From Escherichia coli (GTDB taxonomy: Bacteria; Pseudomonadota; Gammaproteobacteria; Enterobacterales; Enterobacteriaceae): a DNA stretch of 64,000 bases. Both the position numbers and the translations under genes were made by a program. A model generated the notes under the pieces. That model had not been told where the DNA came from and made no database searches. It saw only the letters and a program-made list of their open reading frames with translations. Below are positions 52,209 through 64,000 of the stretch, in pieces (within the stretch, counting starts at the first letter, position 1; each line of letters starts with the position of its first letter). Where the stretch lies: the NCBI RefSeq assembly GCF_046105845.1, contig NZ_CP151004.1; one strand, written 5' to 3'.

Positions 52209-52802
52209 ATGGAGAAATACCTGCACCTGTTAAGTCGGGGAGATAAAATTGGCCTGACATTGATTCGTCTGAGTATTGCGATTGTTTTTATGTGGATTGG
52301 GTTATTAAAGTTTGTCCCTTACGAGGCAGACAGCATTACACCATTCGTCGCAAACAGTCCACTAATGTCGTTCTTTTATGAACACCCGGAAGACTATAAA
52401 CAGTATCTGACTCACGAAGGCGAATACAAACCAGAAGCAAGGGCATGGCAATCGGCCAATAATACCTATGGTTTTTCCAACGGTCTTGGCGTCGTGGAGG
52501 TGATTATTGCTCTGCTGGTTTTGGCTAATCCTGTCAATCGCTGGTTAGGTTTATTGGGAGGGCTGATGGCATTTACCACACCGTTGGTAACACTCTCATT
52601 TTTAATCACCACCCCGGAGGCATGGGTACCCGCATTGGGTGACGCTCATCATGGTTTCCCTTATTTATCTGGTGCTGGTCGCCTGGTATTGAAAGATACT
52701 CTGATGCTGGCAGGTGCTGTCATGATAATGGCAGATTCGGCGCGGGAAATTCTTAAACAACGCAGTAATGAATCCAGTTCAACGTTAAAAACTGAATATT
52801 GA
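52209..52802 (+). CDS. rclC: Inner-membrane protein RclC
   Basis: ATG at 52209 gives 197 aa MEKYLHLLSRGDKIGL... with several hydrophobic helices. Confidence 0.88.
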   Translation: MEKYLHLLSRGDKIGLTLIRLSIAIVFMWIGLLKFVPYEADSITPFVANSPLMSFFYEHPEDYKQYLTHEGEYKPEARAWQSANNTYGFSNGLGVVEVIIALLVLANPVNRWLGLLGGLMAFTTPLVTLSFLITTPEAWVPALGDAHHGFPYLSGAGRLVLKDTLMLAGAVMIMADSAREILKQRSNESSSTLKTEY

Positions 52803-52963
52803 TAATCCGAACACTGTCTGTTGTTCACTTTTTCAGGCGTCAGGCTTTCCTTGCTAATGGGTGAAGCCTGACGCCATATTACCGGAGATATGACAGAGTG
52901 AAGATCAATATCACTCCCCTGTTAAAAGATTCTTGTCGTCTCAGGTAAAATACATGATTAATA

Positions 52964-53833
52964 TCAATCATGTATTTTTACAGCAAGACAACCACGAACA
53001 AATTCAGGATTAAAATGTTTTACCGACTCCCCAACATAACCCAAATCAAGCGAACTAATTTGTGCCATTTCTTTCTCTGTCAGTGAGAAATCCCAGATAG
53101 CAAAATTTTCTTCGATACGCTGTTGATGTGTCGATTTCGGAATAACGACCACTCCCCGTTGAATATTCCAACGCAGAATGACCTGAGAAATCGATTTTTG
53201 ATGGGCATCTGCAATACTCTGAAGCAGATTATTTTCAAAGGGTTTATGTCGTCCACCACCTAACGGAGCCCATGCTTCAGGCTGCACGTTATAATACTTC
53301 ATGGTTGCCAGCGCCTCTGGTTGGGCAAAATAGGGATGCAACTCGACCTGGTTGACCATCGGTTTAACTCTTACCGTTTCACAAAAGTTCGCCAGAACAT
53401 GAGGGTAGAAATTGGAAACCCCAATCGCTTTTAATTTGCCCTCTTCATAGGCATCTTCGAGTGCACGCCACGCACTGAAATAATCGCGCATGGCCTGGTG
53501 CAATAAAAAGAGATCGAAGTATTCCAGTCCCGATTTTTTTAATGATTCTTCAATACCTGCTGCTGCAATATCCTGATTCAACATATCCTGCACCCACAAT
53601 TTAGACGTTATAAATAACTCTTCTCGGGTACATAAACCTTCAGATATGGCTTCACGAACGGCTTCACCGACGGCATCTTCATTACCGTATACCGCTGCAG
53701 TGTCGATGAGTCGATAACCCGTGCGGATAGCATTCAACACTGACTGTTTGCACACGTTTTTATCGGTAACCTGAAAAACACCAAATCCCATCATCGGCAT
53801 TTTCAGATTGTTACTTAATACGGAAAATTCCAC
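52964..53833 (-). CDS. Aldo-keto reductase (diketogluconate-reductase-like)
   Basis: AKR motifs (MPMMGFG, LIDTAAVYGNE, active-site region); preferred start is the GTG at 53833, preceded by GGAGG at 8 nt spacing (an ATG at 53848 gives 294 aa). I do not recall this gene at this position in K-12. Confidence 0.8.
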   Translation of the reverse strand: MEFSVLSNNLKMPMMGFGVFQVTDKNVCKQSVLNAIRTGYRLIDTAAVYGNEDAVGEAVREAISEGLCTREELFITSKLWVQDMLNQDIAAAGIEESLKKSGLEYFDLFLLHQAMRDYFSAWRALEDAYEEGKLKAIGVSNFYPHVLANFCETVRVKPMVNQVELHPYFAQPEALATMKYYNVQPEAWAPLGGGRHKPFENNLLQSIADAHQKSISQVILRWNIQRGVVVIPKSTHQQRIEENFAIWDFSLTEKEMAQISSLDLGYVGESVKHFNPEFVRGCLAVKIHD

Positions 53834-54081
53834 TGTCAGTCCCTCCATTAGGCATGAACAATGAGTCTACGTTAAAACATAACCTCAAATTAGTATGTGG
53901 ATTTTGATATCACTTATGCAAAAAATTCATTAATAATGTAGGACTGAAACCTCTCTATTTTCGGGGACAACGAAGCAGACGCTACCAGTGCTTTTGCCTT
54001 GGGCCTTGCTGTTTTTGATACACTTAGGGCCCAGGGCATAACGAAAATGTGCGATATGACAAAGAATTAATGGAGAATGTG

Positions 54082-54939
54082 ATGATCAGGCAGAAGATTC
54101 TACAGCAGCTCCTGGAGTGGATTGAGTGCAATCTCGAGCACCCTATTTCAATCGAAGATATCGCACAGAAATCTGGCTACAGCAGACGCAACATCCAGCT
54201 TCTGTTCCGAAATTTCATGCATGTGCCTTTGGGAGAATACATTCGCAAACGAAGGCTTTGTCGCGCCGCCATTCTTGTCCGGCTCACCGCGAAATCTATG
54301 CTTGATATTGCACTCTCTTTGCATTTTGACTCACAGCAGTCATTCAGCCGCGAATTTAAAAAGTTATTCGGCTGCTCTCCCCGTGAATACCGCCACCGTG
54401 ATTATTGGGATCTCGCAAATATCTTCCCTTCTTTTTTAATACGTCAACAGCAAAAGACGGAGTGTAAATTAGTCAACTTTCCTGAGACACCTATTTTTGG
54501 CGATTCATTTAAATATGACATTGAAGTGTCGAATAAATCACCGGATGAAGAAGTCAAACTGCGACGTCATCATTTAGCCAGATGTATGAAGAGTTTTAAG
54601 ACGGATATCTATTTCGTCTCCACATTCGAACCGTCAACAAAATCGGTCGATTTGCTCACAGTTGAAACTTTTGCCGGTACGGTATGCAAACAAACCGATT
54701 CAGAGATGTCGAAAGAGTGGACAATTAACCGAGGACTGTATGCCTCTTTCCGCTATGAAGGTGAGTGGGAGCACTACCCTGAATGGACGCGAAACCTCTA
54801 TCTGATGGAATTACCTGCCAGGGGGTTAGCCAGAGTGAACGGCAGTGATATTGAGCGATTTTATTACAATGAAAACTTCGTCGAAATTGATAGCAATAAC
54901 ATTGTTTGCGAAATTTTTATCCCCGTTCGCCCGGTTTAG
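54082..54939 (+). CDS. ykgA: AraC-family transcriptional regulator YkgA
   Basis: In-frame starts at 54049 (GTG), 54070 (ATG) and 54082 (ATG, with GGAG 6 nt upstream); N-terminal AraC HTH (ISIEDIAQKSGYSRRNIQLLFRNF). Confidence 0.75.
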   Translation: MIRQKILQQLLEWIECNLEHPISIEDIAQKSGYSRRNIQLLFRNFMHVPLGEYIRKRRLCRAAILVRLTAKSMLDIALSLHFDSQQSFSREFKKLFGCSPREYRHRDYWDLANIFPSFLIRQQQKTECKLVNFPETPIFGDSFKYDIEVSNKSPDEEVKLRRHHLARCMKSFKTDIYFVSTFEPSTKSVDLLTVETFAGTVCKQTDSEMSKEWTINRGLYASFRYEGEWEHYPEWTRNLYLMELPARGLARVNGSDIERFYYNENFVEIDSNNIVCEIFIPVRPV

Positions 54940-54993
54940 CTGTAGCGATGTTTACATGAATTTATAACGAGACTACTGTCAGGCAATTCAATA

Positions 54994-55026
54994 AATAATG
55001 GCGTTGAAGATGTCAACGCCATTATT
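54994..55026. terminator. Hairpin between convergent ykgA and fdeC (candidate bidirectional terminator)
   Basis: AATAATGGCGTTGA-AGATG-TCAACGCCATTATT, perfect 14 bp arms, flanked by T/A-rich sequence. Confidence 0.45.
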
Positions 55027-55059
55027 GTTTATTAGAATGTTACTTTCATATTCTTAATA

Positions 55060-58000
55060 TTATTTCATCGCCTCCTCGCCCTTTGCCGTATCGGCATCCA
55101 CCGCGGTTATGGTCACCGTCACTGGCTTCATTTCGTACCCGCCATACGTCAGGGCGTTAAATGTAAACGTATAGACACCTGGCTTGTTGGTACTAAATTT
55201 ACGCGTGATTTTTCCGCTCACGAAATGGTCATTTTTCGACGGCAGGAATTGATAATCCTTCTCCGTCACTCCTTCCGGAGCCTCAATGTCGACCCACACA
55301 TTCCCCCCAACAGGGTTATTTGCCGAGAACAGGGTAACCGTCATTGTTGCGGTCTGTACCCCATCCGCCACCAGAGAAGTCACATCAGATGATGCGGCGA
55401 GCACCGCGTTTTTATCATCCGCGACGAATTTAGATTCAGCAGTTTTCGTCGATTCCTGACCGTTGGCCTGTTCCACTTTCGCCGTGAGTGTATATTTCGC
55501 TGCGACAGTGGTCGTGGCGGTGAAAATAGCCTGCCCTTGCTCATTAGTTTTCGCCGTCCCATCGGGATCCAGAGCTAAATTTGCCGGGCTGGCAGTCAGC
55601 GTCACCTCGCTATCTTTCAACAGGTTGTTATTGGCATCAGTCACCGTAACTTTATACGTCTGTTTGGCTTTGCCGTCCGCCAGTGCATAGTTGCCAATCA
55701 CCTCAATACTGGAAACGGTTGCGGTAGCCTTATCGGCTACAAACGTTATAGTCTGCGTATTCGAAGGCTGGCTATTCCCTGCCGATGCCGTGATCTCATA
55801 CGTTCCGGCAGTCACTGAAACCACCTGCAACTCTGCTTTCCCCTCATCGTTGGCTTTCACCCAGACATTATCGCCTGTAAGCGGCTTGACACCCCGGGGC
55901 AGATTAAAGGTCACCAGAGTTCCTGGAACAGGGTTACCGTTTTTATCCTCAACGGTCGCCGTCAGCGTAAAGGCATCTTTGCCGTTTGCCACTTTTTGAA
56001 CGGCGGTGTTAACCTGCAGGTTTGCCTGACCGGTGCTGGCATCCGCGTTGAATTTCACCGTGACCGTCTTCTGAGAGTTTTTCACCACGGCCGCGATTTC
56101 AAGTTCCCCTGCAACGGTTGATATCAACTCAATATCCGCTTTACCTGCCGCATTGGTTGTTACTGTATTCCCCGTATTGCTAGTCACACCCTGCGGTAAA
56201 GTCAGCGTAACTTCTTGCCCCTGCAACGGGTTACCATAGCTGTCCACGACGGTCAGGGTTATCTGGTTAGCAGACTGTCCATTAGCCAGTTGGTTATTAA
56301 CCTTCACTGTCATATCACGAATCTCAGCCTGAGAAGCGTCACCTGCAACGTTCAGCACCAGTGGCTGAGCAACGGCATTTTGGCCGTTCACTCGCGGCAT
56401 CACAGACAACTGACCCGCAGCCGATCCCAGCGTTAAGGTCGCAACATAGATGCCGTTACTTTGCTCTGTCCAGCTTCCTGCTGAAGGACGCTCACTCCCC
56501 GTGCTGGCGGCACCGCTAAACACTGGTGCATCTGGCTTCAGCCCGGTGACCGGGTTCCCGTACGCATCCTTCACGGTGAAGGTGAGTTCCGTCGTCGTTT
56601 TAACCGTTGGAGTCTTATTGTCCGCAACAAGCGTAGAGTTCGCTGATGACATCTCCCCGGCGATGACCGTCAACTGCGCGGCTTCGGTGGCTGCTGGCTG
56701 GCCGTTGAAGAGAGGCATGACACGAAGCTCGCCCGTCTTTCCGCCTGTGGTCAACGTAGCAACATAGGAACCGTCACCTTTTTCGGTCCAACTGGAAATA
56801 GTCGCCCCTTCAGAGGCGGTCCCCGTCAAACTTGCCGACAACGAAAGACCACTGATAGCGTTGCCATGCGCATCTTTCGCCACCAGCGTCACGGTTGTGC
56901 TTTCACCGGCTTTTACGTGATCTTCTGCGACAGAGACTTTCGACTGGTTTGAAGATAACGCATCAGCCACCACGGTTACTTTTGCCGCGTTTGCTGCCGC
57001 ATCCTGTCCATTTAGCTTCGGCATAACTTCTAATTCACCCGCCGTAGAGCCGAGAGTAATCTGCGCAGTCCACGTTCCATCACCATTATTTGTCCAGCCA
57101 GATGCTGTAGAACCTACAGCCGCAGCACCCGCTAATGACGGCGCTTCCGGCGTGAGGCTGGTCACAGGGTTGTCATAGGCATCTTTTGCCGTCCAGATTG
57201 CCGTAACTGTACCGCCAACCACCGGTTTATCAGGATTCAGTGTGATGGACGAATGTGCTGCATCAAGCGGCCCGGCAACAAACTTCAGCGTTTGTTGTAA
57301 TGTGCCCAGCTGATACTGCTCGCTGAAGGCACGCACAACAACGTTTCCGGCACGGGTCGAAGAAACCGTGGCGCTGTAAACCCCAGGTTTTATTTCCGAA
57401 ATGGCACCAACGGTAACACCATTAGTGTCTTGCGGAACAAGTCGCAGGCGGCTGGCTTCTCCCGTCACCGGATTACCCTCGGAGTCCACCGCAGTCAGCG
57501 TCAGCGTGTAGGCTTGCTGACCATCAGCAACCACGTCACCTGACAGCTCGTTAGCGCTCAGGGTGGAGTTTGCCACATCCATCATCGTGGCCCGCAGTTC
57601 TGCAGTGACGGTTTTGCTCATGCCATCAACGCTAACAGTAATCGTTGCCTCACCTGACTGCGTTCCGGTCGTAAAGACAGACTGGTACACCCCTGCTTCA
57701 GTTTCGGTGAACTCACCCAGTGTGGGCTGTGCCTGTGATTTAGTGGCCTTCAGGGTACGAGTCACAATATTTCCAGCCGGTTTGAAGGTTAGTTCAGTCT
57801 TGATCTGATCTTTCATGCCCGTGACTGGCTGGCCCTCGGCGTCGCGCAGAGACAGCACCAGCGGCTTTTGCTCATTACCGTTAGCAAGCATTTGAATACG
57901 GCTCTGACCGTCAAGCGTTAACGCCGTACGATCGGCGCTCATACCAGCTCCGCTAATAACCACTTCTGTCTGCACACGTTTCGAGGCATTGCCTTTGTTA

Positions 58001-59313
58001 TCGTAGGCAATCGCTGAAATCGCATAATAATTGTCTTTGCCTGGACGATAAGCCGGGAGCGTTACTTGCCACTGACTACCCTGACCGGTAATTTTGCCAC
58101 CTTCAGCCAGTAATGACGGCGCTTCCCACTGCACATTTTTCAGTCCGTGAGTTGCTTTGCTGACCACAAGCCCCAGGGAAACCGTCTGACCGCCCTTACC
58201 TTCAATCCGCTCAGGCAGAGCAATACGGATCACTTCAGATTTGCGGTACTCAAGAACGATGTTGTTATTACGCTCAACCAGGTCATAGCGGCTGCCTGCC
58301 AGCATTCGACGCTCGCGAATGCTGTCTGTATCGAGTTGTTTTTGCAGAGGTTCGCCAATCCGATAATTAACTTCCAGGCCAAAGCGAGTGTCATTCTCAC
58401 CACTCTTGCCCTGCTTATGCCCGGCGCTCAGTGTCAGAAGAGGCACTGGTGTATAGGTTACCTCGGCAGAAATAGCATGCGGGTCTTTCTGGCGTTTATC
58501 TTTACCAAACAGCCCGACTTCATCACCATAATACTGCTCATACATCAGGCTTGCGCCAAGCTGCGGCCAGGCAGGTAAATAGCCCTCAGCACGAATATCC
58601 CAGCCATTCGCCGGGCGTTCCTGATAATCCTCAACATCCGGCGATTTTTTCCAGCCAGAAGCCCGAATATAACCATTGGCGCTCAGTTTCAAATAATCGC
58701 GCCAGTATTCCGCACCAACACCAATCCGGGTATGACTACGGGATAAATCATGATCGATAAAAGTATTCACCCCCGCCATCCAGTCATTTCCTGAAAAATG
58801 ACGCCAGCCAAAACCAATATTTGACTGAGTACGATCGTCGGTACGATGTATTGCCCCCTGAGTGAACAACATATTTGTCGGCGTATCATAAATAGGATAA
58901 AGCATTTCCAGCGAAGAATCCTTCAGCGAGAAATCTTTATCGACATTCAGTTTGACGCGCGCAGTACCGTATTTCCCGAGCCACTCCTGAATTTCCTGGT
59001 TAGCTTTAGCGGTGGCCATTCCGGTAATAAAGTTACGTGTCGCATCGCTATCTGGCTGACTGCTTAAAAATGTCCCGGCATTTGCGGCAAACGACGCGAC
59101 ATTTTTCTCCACATTATTATCAGCAGCTACTGTGGTATTTTCCATGCTCAAACGTGGCTGAACCGTATGCTGCGCACGTGCTGCCATTACTGGCGTAAAG
59201 GTGACAGCGAGTGGAAAAAGAACCTGAACAGAGATATTTGCCCACGCCACGCAGCGGGCCAGAACTGAATAACGAAATCGTGGTTGTTTATGACCTGTTT
59301 TATAACGTGACAT
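55060..59313 (-). CDS. fdeC: Intimin/invasin-like inverse autotransporter adhesin FdeC (EaeH), intact
   Basis: Uninterrupted 1417 aa ORF with ATG start; N-terminal signal and beta-barrel region followed by many bacterial Ig-like repeats. In K-12 the ortholog eaeH is recalled to be disrupted by IS3. Confidence 0.9.
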   Translation of the reverse strand: MSRYKTGHKQPRFRYSVLARCVAWANISVQVLFPLAVTFTPVMAARAQHTVQPRLSMENTTVAADNNVEKNVASFAANAGTFLSSQPDSDATRNFITGMATAKANQEIQEWLGKYGTARVKLNVDKDFSLKDSSLEMLYPIYDTPTNMLFTQGAIHRTDDRTQSNIGFGWRHFSGNDWMAGVNTFIDHDLSRSHTRIGVGAEYWRDYLKLSANGYIRASGWKKSPDVEDYQERPANGWDIRAEGYLPAWPQLGASLMYEQYYGDEVGLFGKDKRQKDPHAISAEVTYTPVPLLTLSAGHKQGKSGENDTRFGLEVNYRIGEPLQKQLDTDSIRERRMLAGSRYDLVERNNNIVLEYRKSEVIRIALPERIEGKGGQTVSLGLVVSKATHGLKNVQWEAPSLLAEGGKITGQGSQWQVTLPAYRPGKDNYYAISAIAYDNKGNASKRVQTEVVISGAGMSADRTALTLDGQSRIQMLANGNEQKPLVLSLRDAEGQPVTGMKDQIKTELTFKPAGNIVTRTLKATKSQAQPTLGEFTETEAGVYQSVFTTGTQSGEATITVSVDGMSKTVTAELRATMMDVANSTLSANELSGDVVADGQQAYTLTLTAVDSEGNPVTGEASRLRLVPQDTNGVTVGAISEIKPGVYSATVSSTRAGNVVVRAFSEQYQLGTLQQTLKFVAGPLDAAHSSITLNPDKPVVGGTVTAIWTAKDAYDNPVTSLTPEAPSLAGAAAVGSTASGWTNNGDGTWTAQITLGSTAGELEVMPKLNGQDAAANAAKVTVVADALSSNQSKVSVAEDHVKAGESTTVTLVAKDAHGNAISGLSLSASLTGTASEGATISSWTEKGDGSYVATLTTGGKTGELRVMPLFNGQPAATEAAQLTVIAGEMSSANSTLVADNKTPTVKTTTELTFTVKDAYGNPVTGLKPDAPVFSGAASTGSERPSAGSWTEQSNGIYVATLTLGSAAGQLSVMPRVNGQNAVAQPLVLNVAGDASQAEIRDMTVKVNNQLANGQSANQITLTVVDSYGNPLQGQEVTLTLPQGVTSNTGNTVTTNAAGKADIELISTVAGELEIAAVVKNSQKTVTVKFNADASTGQANLQVNTAVQKVANGKDAFTLTATVEDKNGNPVPGTLVTFNLPRGVKPLTGDNVWVKANDEGKAELQVVSVTAGTYEITASAGNSQPSNTQTITFVADKATATVSSIEVIGNYALADGKAKQTYKVTVTDANNNLLKDSEVTLTASPANLALDPDGTAKTNEQGQAIFTATTTVAAKYTLTAKVEQANGQESTKTAESKFVADDKNAVLAASSDVTSLVADGVQTATMTVTLFSANNPVGGNVWVDIEAPEGVTEKDYQFLPSKNDHFVSGKITRKFSTNKPGVYTFTFNALTYGGYEMKPVTVTITAVDADTAKGEEAMK

Positions 59314-59863
59314 TGAGATAATTTCCTGATGAACGAATTAACGAACATAGGCAGACACAAATAATGGCGTCTGCTTGTCAGAAAAACCGGGGATTTCCCG
59401 GTTTCCTTTTCCGCAGAAAAGGAAATACCTTTATGTAAGAAAGTACACCGCCACCTAATATATCCAGTGTCTGTAGCCACTCATCAGGTGGTTGGGCGCG
59501 GGATTATATTTTTATTTATGGGTAAAAATTTAGCTTTTTGTGCAAGTTATTAAATAGATACTTAAGTTATATTTCTTACTCTGCGGGCAGTGAATAATTC
59601 ATTATTAAGAGTGAATAATAATGACCTGTCTTTAATTAATCGCTATTGGGAATACGTCGAAGTAGGTATATACACCAGGATAAACCAATATATTTTTTAT
59701 GGATATTCATTTTCCTTCATCAGACTGTGAATTGCAGGGATATCGAACTTGCACGACTCATCGCAACACTCAAACAGATTTATGAATTTCGTTCATAACC
59801 CCTGACAAATCCTGCCGTCTAATCGAGCTTTTCCCTTTACGTTATGCTTCTCATGAACGATAA

Positions 59864-62730
<2,867 letters not shown>

Positions 62731-62870
62731 CTATTATTTTAGCCACATTATTAGTAACAATGATAATCTGGCTGTATCGAAAATAATTCTAAACTTTCAG
62801 GAGATTTATTATGAATAAACGTATCCTCACGATTGCGCCATTCTTCTTACCGATATTCTGACACATATCA

Positions 62871-63797
62871 TCAATTTTCGAGTTTTACTCTTTTCTCCAC
62901 CATAAAATCAATAAAAGCACGAACTTTAGAGGGCATTCTCACCCGTGATGAAACATATATATAAAATCCAGGAAATGAAACGGCCCAATCCTCAAGAATC
63001 GGCTGTAACTTGCCCGCATTAATATGTTCAGCGATTGCAAAATCCAGATGTTGAATGATACCCGTTCCATTCAGCGCCATTCGTATCATGCTTTCGTCAT
63101 CATTAGAAATATACTTACCTGACACCTCTATTTCGAACTCTTCATTACCCCCCACAACATTCGAAAACTCCCATGCAGAGAGTGCACCGCTACTTTTATG
63201 CCGCAACCGAAGACAATTATGGTTACTCAATTCCTGAGGCGTTTCAGGAATACCGTGTTCTTTTAAATAATCTGGCGATGCCACAGTAACCAGTTTAATA
63301 AGCGGAGAAACAGGAACGGCAGTCATATGCTCATCCAGTCCTTGCTCAAGACGTATGCCCACATCACAGCCGTCCGCAATAATGTTAGATAAACCGTCAT
63401 CCATAATGAGTTCTATCTTTGTTTTGGGGTAACGAGTAAGAAACTCGCCAATATGAGGCTCAACAAGCATCCGTGCTGCAACACGGGAGGAATTTATTCT
63501 CAACAGGCCTGTAGGTTCAAGTTGGGTATCACCAACATCTTTCAAAGCATCATCAATTTGTCCCAAAGCCGACACCAGCACTTCATACAGACGCTGTCCT
63601 TCCTCAGTAAGCGACATATTGCGGGTCGTACGGTATATCAGCTTGGTGTTAAGACGTTCCTCAAGAGATTTTAAATTCTGGGACAATGCGGCCCGCGTAA
63701 TACCCATTTCAGAAGCGGCTCTGGAAAAACTGCCGGCACGAACAATAAGCGCAAACCAGGCAAGAGAAGGCAAAATTGAAGGCTCTATTTTCATCAT
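62871..63797 (-). CDS. LysR-family transcriptional regulator
   Basis: ATG at 63797 gives 308 aa MMKIEPSILPSLAWFALIVRAGSFSRAASEMGITRAALSQNLKSLE... (LysR HTH); divergent from a gene start at 63954. Confidence 0.8.
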   Translation of the reverse strand: MMKIEPSILPSLAWFALIVRAGSFSRAASEMGITRAALSQNLKSLEERLNTKLIYRTTRNMSLTEEGQRLYEVLVSALGQIDDALKDVGDTQLEPTGLLRINSSRVAARMLVEPHIGEFLTRYPKTKIELIMDDGLSNIIADGCDVGIRLEQGLDEHMTAVPVSPLIKLVTVASPDYLKEHGIPETPQELSNHNCLRLRHKSSGALSAWEFSNVVGGNEEFEIEVSGKYISNDDESMIRMALNGTGIIQHLDFAIAEHINAGKLQPILEDWAVSFPGFYIYVSSRVRMPSKVRAFIDFMVEKRVKLEN

Positions 63798-63953
63798 TGT
63801 AAACCTTAACTTAACACTGTGATAGATATTAGACCATTGATGATAACCAATACAAGTCATACTATTACGCCGTTCTCGATATGAACACAAATGCCAGTTG
63901 CGGATAATAGAAATGATATTTAAATCTGTTTAGGCAAATCCCCGGAGCTTGAA

Positions 63954-64000
63954 ATGAAAACTGTTTCGATAAAACACACTTACTGGGATATAGCTGCTGA
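63954..64000 (+). CDS. Start of an unidentified gene divergent from the LysR regulator (truncated by window end)
   Basis: ATG at 63954 opens a frame reading MKTVSIKHTYWDIAA... to the window edge; typical divergent LysR-target arrangement; too short to assign a family. Confidence 0.3.
   Translation, partial: MKTVSIKHTYWDIAA

Noticed and set aside
55060-59313. IS element or pseudogene disruption within fdeC/eaeH, as recalled for K-12
   Set aside because: The reading frame is continuous for 1417 codons with no terminal inverted repeats or transposase ORF inside; the gene appears intact in this strain.

Overview
This window reads as an Escherichia coli chromosomal segment (reverse-complement orientation relative to K-12) running cynX-cynS-cynT / cynR / codBA / prpBCDE / prpR / yahO-yahB / pdeL / betT-betIBA / ykgH-ykgEFG / rclR-rclABC / ykgA / fdeC, then aldo-keto reductase and LysR genes. 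Gene identities rest on reading the translated ORFs and on recalled protein families and K-12 gene order; no database search was run. Several ORF-track starts are near-cognate (TTG/GTG) extensions, and I have trimmed them to the likely start codons. The most interesting feature is a roughly 6.5 kb AT-rich accessory island between betA and ykgH. It carries a FimB/FimE-like tyrosine recombinase, a roughly 280 bp segment bounded by perfect 16 bp inverted repeats directly upstream of a LuxR-family regulator, a second HTH regulator and an 866 aa autotransporter: the architecture of a phase-variable invertible promoter switch. From memory this resembles the ipuA/ipuS/ipuR/upaE locus of UPEC CFT073 and the FimX/hyxR switch, so it may be already described; identity is unverified. 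Other accessory content relative to my recollection of K-12: a 4-gene sugar ABC transporter plus an ASCH-domain gene between yahK and yahJ, an intact fdeC (eaeH), and extra aldo-keto reductase and LysR genes. No rRNA, tRNA, CRISPR array or IS element was recognised.
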